64,000 nucleotides of DNA from positions 50,346,001 through 50,410,000 of the forward strand of contig NW_024704742.1 in NCBI RefSeq assembly GCF_018977255.1, given 5' to 3'. The position numbers and the translations under genes were made by a program. Below, piece by piece: positions 35,990-48,358 of this stretch. This DNA is from Callorhinchus milii. Taxonomy: Eukaryota. The notes below the pieces were generated by a model. It searched no databases. It had not been told where the DNA came from and was given only the letters and a program-made list of their open reading frames with translations. Position 1 is the first letter of the stretch. Each line of letters opens with the position of its first letter.

Positions 35990-36480
35990 GCTGTAAACGG
36001 AGATTTCAAAGCTTTAATCTCCAAGAGAACATTGACAGCAAGGAAATTGAAGTAAAGATGAGAACACTTATGAAGGAAAAATCAAAAATGATGTTAAGAG
36101 ACTCTTCACTGTGTAGGTAAGTTTAATGTACTATAGCAATCACTCTGGAAGAGAATATACTTCTTATTGAAAATGAAAAGGAGAGTGTATGAGGCTAGTC
36201 TTTAGTCAACACTTCACCATCCTACTCAGAGCTAGATCCAAAGCAAAAAGTAAGTGCTTTGAAACATGCTATGTCAGAAGAATGTTGGATATTAGATAAG
36301 ATGGCAGTAGGAGCAATGAGAATAAATGAACTGCAGGCAAAGTAACAGAGCATGAAGAATGTAATGGACAATGAATATTGAGATTGGGTCTTCTTCGGGA
36401 AAAGACCACGCATAACATCAGCCTTAAGTTTACCCGTGCATGAGAAGGTTTGAATGAAAAATGGAAAATAGCTGCAGGAG
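35990..36480 (+). mobile_element. Degraded RTE-clade LINE fragment
   Basis: Decayed KRRVYEAS and FETCYVRRMLDIR*D..SNE motifs, typical of the RTE ORF C-terminus. Confidence 0.45.
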
Positions 36481-37974
36481 TTGATGGAAGAATGAGTATT
36501 ATGGTCAAATTTCACCAAGTCTTAGCCTTTTATTTTAATTTAAATAGATCATACAGAATTGTAGAAACATGAAGTGGTTACCAAATTAAGGCCGAATTTA
36601 CCATAGATTTCCACAATCTTAGTGTTTGAAACAAAAGTAGCTTGTTGGCGTTTCTAAGTAAGACTAACCTTTGTAAAATCCATATTGTGAGTTACATTGC
36701 TGCATACAAGAAAATTATGTGGTTGGGAAATTGTTAATGAAAGTTCCTTAGAACTATAACATAAATTATGGAAGAGAACCAAGTGTTTTTTTCCAGCACT
36801 TTCACTCTGATTCCTTGTTATAATAGTTAATTGATCATTAAACAAAGGTGTTTCCAATGTTCCAAACCACACATCCAAATTGGCAACCAAACCAATTGCC
36901 GTTGTCAACTAGGAATTATAGCTAAGTTACTGCAGACCTCAGATGAAGCTTATTCAAAAAGAAACTCGGTGAACATAATATTAGATCTAAAGACCAAGTT
37001 TCAGACTAAGAACATTAATTAAGAGGATATCAGCAGCTGCTGAAGGAAATGTTCATTCAGGATAGGAGACTCAAAGACCACTAGATTGTGGTCGGGCACT
37101 ATTAGACATTTGAAAAGGATGGATGCCTTGGTGCAGAGATATGAGATATGGTTGTCTGAATAGTAACAATGTCTATTGAAATTGGGGGAAATAGTAGTAA
37201 TGGAAGCTATGTTCTAAGAAGTGGAAGAACCTTTGGTTTAAGTGTACTTTTGACCAAGTGATGGTAGATACAGTATTTTGGAATATGACATTCAACATTT
37301 ATTTCATTGCATTGATTTTTGCAAGCTGTCCAGCTCAATTTTTTTATTTGATTTATTTTTGCAATGATGCATTATTTGGAAGTGATAGTTTGTCTTGTGG
37401 GATTCAAATCTGTTAGGTATCGGTTCTGGTGACAGTAAAAGTTCTTGCAAGAAGTGTTTTACTCATATATTGGGAATAATTATTCTCAGTGCGCACAGTG
37501 GAAGAACAATTGGAAAAACAACACCTCGCATCTTGGCTGACATCCCATTTTTCCACCACACTTTTCTTAGTTGTAGATTCAGTTCTACAGTGTTTGGATA
37601 CATGATGTCTTTAAGATACCTAAGTCAATCAGCATTCATCATGGAAAACCAACAGATGTAGACAATTGCTTGATAGTCAAGGATAAGTAAAGTTCCAAAA
37701 AAGGAACATATGAGACTTTACCACATAAAAACACTCAGACCAATTTCCCCTGCTGTTTGATTTTCCAGCAATATATTATATTCTATAAAAAATGGAGGAG
37801 GTTTTGGAAGTGCTCACTATTTTTGCATTTGTTGGATTCCTCTGGAAATCTTAAGGGTAAGTGCTTCATAGATTCTTATCCTACAGAATTCATTTGTGCT
37901 TGTACACAAAGTAGAACAATAATAACAACAACTTGCATTTATATAGCGCCCCTCATGCAGGGTAGCATCCCAGA

Positions 37975-38374
37975 TCATCTATCTGCGAGGGACCTTTCAG
38001 CCCTCTGGCCTCAATAATGATTTCAATAATTTCAGACCATAACAGCTCACCTTCCCCCTCCCCCTCTTCTATGACCATTACCATATCATCTGGGTGAGTC
38101 CCAGCCCCACCTCTTCTCTCTCTGTTTTGTTGCAATCCCTCACTTTGTTTTGCATTATTAACACCTCTTTAACCTATCATCCCCTGTCCTCTACCCCATT
38201 TTCCCCTTTGTCTTCCTTGCCCTGCCTCCCCCCTCTCTGTTAGGCCTTAAAAGTCCCTCCCAACATGCCCCAGTTCTGACAAAGGGTTGTGGACCCAAAA
38301 CGTTGACTCACTTTCCTTTCTCCATAGATGCTGCCTGACCTGGTGAGTGTTCCCAGTGACTTCTGTTTTTGTTT
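37975..38374 (+). mobile_element. Penelope-like 3' fragment with mutated hammerhead
   Basis: Reverse-complement homologue of ~12253-12715. Confidence 0.88.
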
Positions 38375-38932
38375 ACTCCTTGTGGTAGCAAGTTCCACAT
38401 TCCCACCACTCTCTGGGTAAAGACGTTTCTTCTGACTTAGACTTAGACAGAGCAACTGTCCATTTAGCACATCAAGATTGTGCTGGTGTTTTTCTCCACA
38501 CGAGCCATCCAATCTAATCCCATTCTCTTGCTCGCTCCTACTATCCTTTAATATTTTTTTTCAGGCATCTAACCAAATAATTCCATTTGAAAATATGAAT
38601 GGGCTTTGCTTCAACAATTGTTTGTAGCAGATAATTAATAATAACCAAGGTTATAACCAAACAACAATACCATTGTATGTATGGCAGCCAATTTCCATTA
38701 GGATAAAACCAATAATGTGGTTCATTTGTTTATTAGTCACGCAACAATCTGACATTTTCTGTTAAGTCCTGTAAAAGTCAAACCGCACTTAAATAAAATA
38801 TAAATATGGAGAATTAAAAAATAAGCTTCTTGGTCATGATAATATTGGATCTTTGCAATAAATTCTTAGAACCTTCAATAAAGAACCTTTTTGCTAAAAT
38901 CGCAAAATGCAGTTTTCTTATTGATTGCTCTG

Positions 38933-39150
38933 GGGAGAAATTCCACCTGGGTCTAGATTTACTTTAAATAGCAGCATATTGGAGCATGCAGAATTTGACA
39001 AGTTATTGAATTCAGTCTGAACTTTGAACAATAATTTACATCAGAAAAACAGCTTGAAAAATAAGGCTATACTGAAGAATTTGCAAAATTTTGGAAGCTC
39101 TGAAGTATTACATAAATACAGTAATTCTGAACCAGGCAGAAATTTCTCCC
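38933..39150. mobile_element. Harbinger-like MITE
   Basis: Inverted ends gggagaaattccacctgg / ccaggcagaaatttctccc. Related pieces at ~45408-45462, ~52595-52665 and ~59445-59630. Confidence 0.55.
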
Positions 39151-39749
39151 ATTCTTGTACCCCTAAAATATATTAGTTTTGTCTCTTAGTTCTAACACGG
39201 TCACCCAAGGGCTTCAAAACTGCATTATAGACCCTTATAAAATCCTTTAACTTGATGCTTTACGAAGCACCTGTTCTGAGGCATTGTTCTCTGCTTGCTA
39301 TTAAATGTACTGACCTTTACCTATGTTTACCTATAGCAAATTCCTAAAATAGCAACGGGAATTTTCCACCCTAGGCACACACGATAAATTTATCAACAAG
39401 GAGGGAATGGCTCTCAATTGTACAAATGAACAATGGAGGTTAGATGCCACATTTTTAATAGCCCAAAATGTTGTAATTGGTTTCAAATTCTGGAATTTTT
39501 ACCCTTGGATTGAAATGTTCCCCACATCTACAGCTCGGGCTCCCAGACAACTCTGTGAGGCACTTTGAGACTTCCTCCAGAATACTATCTAAAGGCACTA
39601 TATAAATGTAAAATTGTTGGTTTTGATTATTGATAAAGAAACACCAAACAGATTAGCTTTCCACATGTTTGAGTTGAATGCTAAAAATAATCCAATTTGG
39701 ATGAACGTATTAAAAACAAACAAGAGCAACATATAGTTCACCCACAAAT

Positions 39750-39865
39750 TTTTCACCTACAAAATACAGTCAATTCACTTTACAGTATATTCTGTGAAGC
39801 GTTTCAAGACGTCTCAAAGACGTGATAAGGCAGTATATCAAAGGCAAGGATGAATATTATTATTT
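39750..39865 (+). mobile_element. Composite SINE 3' tail
   Basis: aaatacagtcaattcactttacagtatattctgtgaagcg..gacgtctcaaagacgtgataaggc. Confidence 0.8.
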
Positions 39866-41814
39866 TAGAACTTTTAAACAACTAGAAGTCATTTATTCAG
39901 CAAAGAATTAATACAATAATTGCATATTAGGATAAAATAAATTGTTTGATCCATAAAGCATTTTTTTCGTGAAATTTTTGATCAGGCCTTTAAAGGAAAC
40001 ACTTTGAATGTCGTTCTGCCGACCTCTCTTATGTGTGAGATGTGAAGTTGGAGTTGTTTGTGCCAAACAGCTCGGTGTTACAGTGATCCATGGGATGAAT
40101 TATTGCAGCACTTTGCAAATTAATGAAAGACAACAAGGACAAAATAGTCAGATCATACATCTGACACTTTAAAGTGCACCTGGTGATCCATATCTGCTAA
40201 ACTGTAAACAAATGTTCTAGTCTAATGTCTAGTGATAGATGTGATTCCATTGCATCGGTTGGATGTGTTTGGTTTGTTGCTATCCTGCTAAATTTCATCA
40301 CGAATAACCAGAATTAAATAGATATTTTGACTGTCAGTGGTTGAATAATGGCTAATTCGCAGTATGGATTCTGAGGTGTCAGAATGACAACATAACTTCA
40401 GCAGATCAGTTCTGTGATGAGTTGTCATGGGGAATGTCAGATGTGTCATCCCACCATAAAACAGAAAAGGGACAAATAGAAAAGAACAAGAGCTCTGCAG
40501 TAAACACAGGACTCCATTGCTATGGATTTAAGATTTGAGACTATTAATGTTACTGGTATCATTAAGGGTGTTTCGAAAATGACAATTTATGCAATTAAGT
40601 TTTTATCCATTAACAATTTTTTTGTTTTAACCAGCTGATTATACGTTCAAAGGTTTTGTGTGTGGAACATTTGTCACTGAGGTAATAACTGCCTGGGTAA
40701 CAGAGTTTAGTATTAAAGCAGTGGGATCTAATTTATTGTATGTTCTTAACAATAAGAAATGGGTAATTATTGTATTTCTAAAACATTCAAATTTTAGAAA
40801 TGTAGTAATTACATATTTTTTATTAAAAATCTGTTAAGGAATACCACATATTAGTATTAAGTATTAAGATGGGACGTTATATAATAGTACACACTCATGA
40901 TATGTTGTAAGACCTTTTGTTCATGATAGAGTCTGAGAGTTGAACAACTGGGATTATTGTTTATTATTTGGGGGCATTTTTGCTGCTGATGGGTGTGATT
41001 GCTTGAAATGAGAGAGAAATATATTAAGATGGAATAAGTGAATCAGAGAACAAAAAATACTGGATAACAGATTGGAAAATGGATGCTAAGGCAAACATTG
41101 TCATATGGCTAGCTTGACGATTATGCTATTTAGTGTGCTGAGAGAAGCGCTTACAAAAATGTTTTTTTTTATATTCCTGAAAGAGTAAGATGGCCGTGTT
41201 TTCTACACTCTGCTCCTTACCTAACATAGCAAGTTAGAGAAAAACCCTGTTATACCGAATAGGTCAAAATGAACAAAATGGCATGTAGTGTATTGTCGGG
41301 AAAAGCACATTAAAAAGTACTGTTGTGCTTCGTAGATAAGAATATCATTCGTATTTCAACACAGCTCAGTTAGACACTGATCTCCACAGGTATCCTACGT
41401 AGAGGCAGAGAGACAAGCCAGTCTACTTTTCTATAGCAGAGGAATAGAATCAGAATTATTAATGTAGAACATGGAATGAATTGATAATAAAAAAAACTAT
41501 GCGTGAAGCCAGAGTGGTGCAACATTCTGCAAGAAAAGCCCCAATACCGAAACACAAATCCTTCTGCTAAATTCTTTTGAAGCTGCAAATCAGTTGAAGC
41601 CATTTGCACGATGTCCNTTTTTTTCTCTCTCTTTCTATTTACATAACAATGGGTTCGAATATGCAATGATTTCTAACGGGATTCCTTAATAAGGAGGCCA
41701 GACATCTTATTAATTCATGCATCCACACTCCCAACCAAATCTGCTTTTAGAGCAGAGTTGTTGTGGGATAGCCATATGTGAGAAATGTGTTCTCAGTTAT
41801 GGAAAGAGATTATA

Positions 41815-42125
41815 ATGTAATAATCCTTGCATTTGGTATAGCGCCTTTCACATCAGGAGGGCATCTAAAAGTACTTCACCGTGGAGTTGAGTAACTGTGT
41901 TTCTGTGGGCGAATGTGGTATCCCAATTGCACACAAAAATGTCCCACAAACAGCCATTAAATACAATTTATTTGGGGGATTGTTAGCCAAGGACACCGGG
42001 AGAAACTCCCTTTTGTTTTTTAGTAGTTCATTGGGATCTTTAACGATCACCTGAACAGGTAGATGGGACCTGGGTTTAACTTCTCATCCGAAGGATGGCA
42101 TCTCTGACAATGGAACACCCCACAC
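41815..42125 (-). mobile_element. Deu-domain SINE
   Basis: aatccttgcatttggtatagcgcc..., gggatctttaacg..cacctgaacagg..atccgaaggatggca. Confidence 0.75.
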
Positions 42126-42810
42126 TCCCCCTCCACCACTATATCATATCCAAAATTAAAATTAATGAATATGTTATATAGAATAATATATATTTCACAG
42201 TGTTTAAAGGCTGTCATCTATTTATATGCAGATGATGTCTGAGACACTCTGAGACGCTGTCCTACATGAAGAGCACTATATATTGTCCTTAAATTATTTG
42301 AGCTACATTCTCAAAATATGATTTTAACTCAACCCTCAGCCCATTGACAGTGCTAAACTCTTAATGGTGTTTATCATATAAGACATTGAAGCAAGATCCC
42401 ATCTATTTGTATTTTGTAGGTGGATGTTAAAGATCCTATAACAGTGTTAAAACTGAGAAGGGTTTGTCCCAAAGTTCTTGCCAAAAATCTTCCAGATGAA
42501 TCAGCTCATGATTGTTAGTCAAACCTTGTTGGTGCAAATATCTGGCACTTTGCCTACAAAAACAGTCACTACATTGATAGCAATTACTGAAGCACTTTGA
42601 TGTGAAATTCACTATATCAAACGTAAGAATTATTGTTTATTATTACTTGTGAAATTCTTTGAGATGTTTTGAAATAAATCACAATCAAAACAATTTGTTT
42701 TGCAGATGGACCACATTGCAACAATAACTTGCACTTATATAGTGTCCTTCACGCAGGGCAGCACCTTGGAGCACTTAATTGCACATGCTATTAATAAAAG
42801 ATTTAGACTT

Positions 42811-44526
42811 AAAACAAAACAAAATTACATTTGTACAGTGTCTTTCACGTCAGGAGGACATCTCAAGCGCTGGGTAATCACTGTTTCGACCCGAGCTGGG
42901 GGAGCAGGATCAGGGAGGGTGGAGGGCAGGGGGTGGAAGAAACATGATCGAAAGCACAGTCGAAGAGAAAGGTCTTGAGACGGGTCTTGAAGGAGGAAAG
43001 GGAGGGCTGAGGCGAAGGGACTGTGGGATGGAGTTCGAGAGGGTGGGTGCAGTGGTTGAAGGCCCACCCGCCAATGGTGGGGCGGGCGACCCGGGGGACG
43101 TGAAGCAGGCCGGAACCCGCTGAGTGGAGGGAGGGGATGGTTGGTAGGAAGTTAGGAAGAGGTATGGGGGAACAAGGTCATGGACTGCTTTGAGAGTGAG
43201 GACTACAATCTTGAACTATATCCTCTGTATGATGGGAAGCCAGTGGAGTCAGGCAAGGATGGGGGTGATAGGGTTGCGGAGCCTGGTGCGGAAGAGGACA
43301 TGGGCTGTAGAGTTCTGGATGATCTGCAGCCTATGGAGGGAGGAGTTGGGGAGGCCAACAAGTATGGAGTTTTTGCGTAGTCAAGCCTGAATGTTATGAA
43401 TGCGAGTATGAGAGTCTCGGCGGCCTGCAGTGTGTGACAGTGGCAGAGCCGTGTGATGTTGCGGTGGTGGGGAAAGGCGGAGCGGGTCATGGCACGGATG
43501 TAGGGTATGAAGGACAATTGAGGGTTGAACAGGACGCCAAGGTTCCATATTGACTCCGTGAGATGTAGAGTGCATCCTTGGAGGGAGATGCTGTCATCGC
43601 CGAGGTATGGACGAACTGACGGGAGCCAAGCAGGAGGGCCTCGGTCTTGTTGACATTCAACTGCAGGAAGTTAGCTCTCATCCAGGACTTGATGTCCGAC
43701 AAGCAGTCTGTGAGGATAGCAGTGGCCCTGGAATTGAGGGTGGAGGCAGAGAGGTAGAACTGGGTGTCATCCGCATACATGTGGAAGTGGAAGGTCCGTG
43801 AAGATTGAGCTGAGAGGCGAGGCAGTGCAGGAGGACAGAATGGTCGACAGCGTCGAAGGCAGCAGAGAGATTAAGGAGGACAAGGAGGCAGGGAGAGCCC
43901 TGGTTGCAGATGTTCAGAGCGTTTTATTGGAGAGGGAGCAGACATTTTGTAGACTGATGCGGAGGGGACAGTTGGTGGTAGAGGAATGTGGGAGACGGGG
44001 TGGGTGCGAGTCAGAGGATTGACAGGGAGGATGGGGATGTGGATAAGGGAGGAGAGGTTGGCCCCTGGGGTCAGGGACCGATGAGCCTTGCGGCGAGAAT
44101 GGGGGATAAGGCAGTCAGAATAGCTGCTGTTGGACAGCCAGTGGAATCTGCCACAGTGGGCCTGATGGAGGATTCACAGGCTGGAGCAGATAGAAGCTCT
44201 GGGAAGGTCGAGCAGCGACAGGAGTCAGAGAGGGCGATGAGAGAGGAGGACCCAGTGGGAGTAGTGGAGAGTAGAGGACAGGGGTGGAAGCATTTTGGGG
44301 AGCAGCTTGGGTCAGGGGAGGCAGCCAAAATGCACATACCAAGATTAAGAGCAAACGGGGGTGGGGGGGGGGGGGGGAGTGCAGCGTGTAGTGGTTAGCC
44401 CACTGGCATGGATCATCATGGGGAGAGGGAGACAATGTTGTAGTCCCTGTGAGTCCAGGCTCAGAAGTAGCCTTATGTACACCAAGGTGTTTTTTTCCCC
44501 TTATAAACACAGAGACCGCCATCTTC
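42811..44526 (-). mobile_element. L2 LINE with putative 5' end and two large internal deletions
   Basis: Minus strand: aagatggcgg (44525-44516), APE start RISLQNVCSLSNK, jump to LVLLNLSAAFDAVDH, jump to FHMYADDTQ...WMRANFLQLNVNKTE, then C-terminus and tail. Confidence 0.85.
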
Positions 44527-45464
44527 CTTACAATGGATTAAATTCCACCACCATATGCTTTATGGGACCCAGGTGGTGTGCATATTAGTAAGATGTGGTT
44601 TGCAGTCTAACACCCTTCCACCGTGAGAACACGACATAGTGAGTTATTATTAAGACTAAACAGAAGTACAGAGCAATAAGTAATTTAGAGAGAACCTTAT
44701 TGATTTTTTTCCATGGAATAGAGTTGTATCATATCCGTGGTAATTTTTTGTCTATGTTATGTTTATTTTACACTGCTATGAAAAGCAATATGTCTTTTCT
44801 GATGTAACAATAGACTGGTTTATTACTATTTTATTTCATTGTTATTTCAGGCTCTTTACATTGCTAGAAATTGCCTGGCGAATGACACATCAAGGCTCTC
44901 ATATACTGTACAGTTTTCAATTGTAAACCCATTGAAACCTTGACCATATGATAAGCCGCTCAGTGCGAGATCAGCTGTTCAAAGTATGATGATGAAAATG
45001 TGCCCGTTCAGACAAACCCAAATACACTTAACCATTGTACTATTAAAAATTTACCTGTATAAATTGGGCTCAATTTTACCTTTGTGCACTCCGATTACCT
45101 GAAATGCTATTGCTTTGAACACCCTTTGGATACAATTCACTGCCTCGATCCACCCCTCCCCCACTCAGCACACACACACACACATCTAATAGTCAAGGAC
45201 TGAGAAACACACATAAGTGAACAGTGAAGGACTGAGAAACTTTTCCTATTGTTAGGGATAAATTCTATTAAAGTTAGATTCCACGAAGGTTGTGGCCATT
45301 CACGCACAAGGTTACTCTGCTTTACAGTATACCCTGTAAAAATCTTTGAGACATTCTCTTGACTTGAAAAGCGTGATATGAAATGTAAAGATATTATTAT
45401 TATTACTCTATTTTCTTAGCATTTCAGAGCATGCAGAATTTGATGAATTGTTGAATTCAGACTT

Positions 45465-45770
45465 AGGTTAGAGCACTCGCTTTGCAAGCGAGAGACCTGA
45501 GTTCAATTCCAGGCAGGGTGAAACCTTGGGCAAGTTTCCTTACTCCATACAGAGCCTAATAATAATCCCTCCAAAACCAAAAACAATAATAAATTGGTCA
45601 TTTTCAGTCTACGACTGTTTGTGGGACATTGCTGTGCGCAATTGGCTGCCGTGTTCGCCCATAAATATACAGTCAATTCACATTACAGTGTGTTCTGTGA
45701 AGCGCTTTGGGACGTCCTCCCGATGTGAAAAGCGCTATATCAAATGCAAGGATTATTATTATTATTATTA
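45465..45770 (+). mobile_element. Composite tRNA-SINE, short subfamily
   Basis: ggttagagcactcgctttgcaagcgagagacc..gttcaattcc head; Deu 3' part; gcgctttgggacgtcctcccga tail; (tta)n. Confidence 0.9.
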
Positions 45771-45918
45771 GCTTTGAAGCTGTTTTCTGTAGTCCTTGAA
45801 AGAGCATTCACATTGTTTTTGGATACAAGTTCACATTGATTGGTCATTCACCTCATGGCTTTGTGGGATCTTGCTAATACAAGTTGCTGCTGCATTTGCC
45901 TCAAAAGCAAAGTCACTT

Positions 45919-46320
45919 CGGTAAAACTCACACAAGTCGTATTAATTGGGACTGTATCATTTGATATGATTTACACAAAGTCCAAGTTACAGGCAAGCTT
46001 TATAAATCGTATAAAATCGGATGTAATCAATAATCCACACTGCGCGTGAAGTACTTCATCATTGCAGCCGATAAGTGAGCTTGTGGTGACAGGTCTAGAC
46101 CATGTTTCCTGTGATTCAATGCATCTTGACCCATCTCCAAATGCGCATCTATCAGCAAGCATTGGACTAACATTGAATCTCGGGAAATTAAATTCTTCTG
46201 GGCATTCGGCAGCAGATCAACACTACATTTCCAGCAATTCAATGCAGCCGGTCGGGAAGTGTACATACGTTGACCGTTCAGGACATAATTTCCCCTGATT
46301 CAATGCATCCGGTAAGTGGG
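45919..46320 (+). mobile_element. Tigger/pogo-like DNA transposon end fragment nested in a Deu-SINE (~45835-46548)
   Basis: Starts cggtaaaactc; reverse-complement homologue of 26880-27319; SINE sequence lies before it and resumes at ~46470. Confidence 0.65.
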
Positions 46321-46871
46321 AGTAATGGAGGATTAGGGGAGCGGCGTTATGAGATAGGAGATAATAAATACTACTAGTGCAAAGAAATCTAAGTGATTTA
46401 GATAGGAAACTGAATGGGACTCAGGTGCATGTAGGACAATTATATGATATATAAAGATAAGACTATATATACTTGTTAGCAATTACTTGTGAAGCGCTTT
46501 GAGATGCTGTGATGTGATGAGGCGTTAAAAAAATGCAAGTTCTTTCTATACCAACTGGGCCATCTGTGGGAGCTGGCTATATTTATGTCTGTGAACAAAG
46601 AAATATGTGATCAGTGACACGATAATGTCACTGTATCACCAAACATGCTTGGCATTAAGTTATTTCAAAAGGTCGTGTGAAAACCTGAAAAATGCGTCTT
46701 AGTAACTCATGCTGCTGAAGACACAGCATCTGCTGCAGTGCGACCTTTCCCAGATGGCCAACATGGTAGTGTTAATCTGAGTGTTTGGAGCAGGCTGTGA
46801 CTGCCTGTTCAAGGAGTCTGTCCGCCCAAAAATAATGTAACAACAGTCTTTAAAGGGGAACTGTACCTTAG

Positions 46872-46995
46872 TATAATAATATTCCTTGAGGTTGATATAG
46901 CGCCTTATCATGTCTTTGAGACATCTCAAAGCGCTTCACAGAATATACTGTAAAATGAATTGACTGTATATTTTTTGGGCAAAACGCAACAGCCA
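46872..46995 (-). mobile_element. Composite SINE 3' tail
   Basis: gatatagcgccttatcatgtc..caaagcgcttcacagaatatactgtaa. Confidence 0.8.
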
Positions 46996-47939
46996 TGTTC
47001 ATTATATACATTATATGTGCATTATGTACTTACAGTGTATAGCAAAGCATTTGTTTTAAAAAGAATTGCTATTTTTAAGAATATTTATCTGCTGAAGAGT
47101 TCCTCACCAATATTAATGAATATGCTCGATTGCCGACAAGGTCTTTGCCATTAACTGTACCTGATTCAAACCATTGATTCCTGTATTTTCCTCTTAAAAA
47201 GTGTGTGAGTATTGCTGTCACGTATCAGGGAACACTGGGAATCTAGGGACATTGGTTGCTTTCACCTGCAAAATATACAGTCATTACACTTTACCATAAA
47301 TCCTAAAAGATTTAGTCTCTTTGAGAATCTTAGTTTCAAAGCCAAAATAATACGTTATTCAGATTGATGACATTTCTTGTTAAAGAAGTGTGTTTTTCTT
47401 TGAAGTAAACTGTCAACCACATGAAACAGTTCATAAGTGCATCATGTGTGAGTTGAGTCCATTAACATGCTCTTTGTGAAAATGCTTAGACCCAAAGCAA
47501 ACCACTACCCATTGAACCTGCCATTCACCCATCACAGCATTTCAGTGACACTTTGCTGACTACTTGCTCAGTTTAAACGACAAGTGGCAGGCTGGCTTAA
47601 GGATTGGTAGGAGCCTTCGGGGCCAACTATTTTGATAAGGACAGAGATGTGAGTTATCCAGATAAGACCAGTAATCAACTGGAGTATTTCCGGATTCTGG
47701 CAGTTTGATGAACACCAGCGATAATGATGAGGTTTGATCATGTTGCATTTTGCACCCTAGAGTGGTTAAACTCTAAATGTTACAAATGTGGAGGTCCTGA
47801 GATGTGTGATGTGATAATTAACACGTTAGATTTACATTGAAAATTTAAGCCATTTTTGTTCTCTTTTACAATCTTTATGATACGTCATTATTAAGGGATT
47901 GAATCTATGGAGGAGGAGGAAGCCTGATTTGTATAGTAC

Positions 47940-48358
47940 AATCATTCTTACATTTGATGTAGTGCCTTATCATGTTAATACATCTCAAAGCTCTTTACAG
48001 AGTATTTCTGTACAGTGTAGTGACTGCTGGCAAATGTGACAGCCAGTTTATGCATAGCAATGTCCTACAAACAGTCATGATCTGAATGACCAAGTGCATC
48101 TGGAGAATTATTGGTCTGTACACTGGGAAAAACTCCATTCTCTTTTTAAATAGTGTCATGGGATCTTTACACTTCCACCTGAACAGGCAGTCAACACTTT
48201 GTTTTAATGTCTCAATCTGAAGGATGGCACCTCTGACAGTGCAATGCTCCCCCAGCCATACATTAACATATCAGCCCAGACTGTGAGCTCAAGTCCCAAC
48301 ATGGAGCTTAAATCCACAACGTTTTGACACAGAGATGGGATTGCTGCCAACTAAGCTA
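47940..48358 (-). mobile_element. Near full-length Deu-domain SINE
   Basis: catgggatctttac..ccacctgaacaggcag..gaaggatggcacctctgacagtgca. Confidence 0.75.

Noticed and set aside
27319..45919. 18.6-kb composite transposon bounded by the two pogo-like TIRs
   Set aside because: The element bodies lie outside the interval, so the ends face the wrong way.
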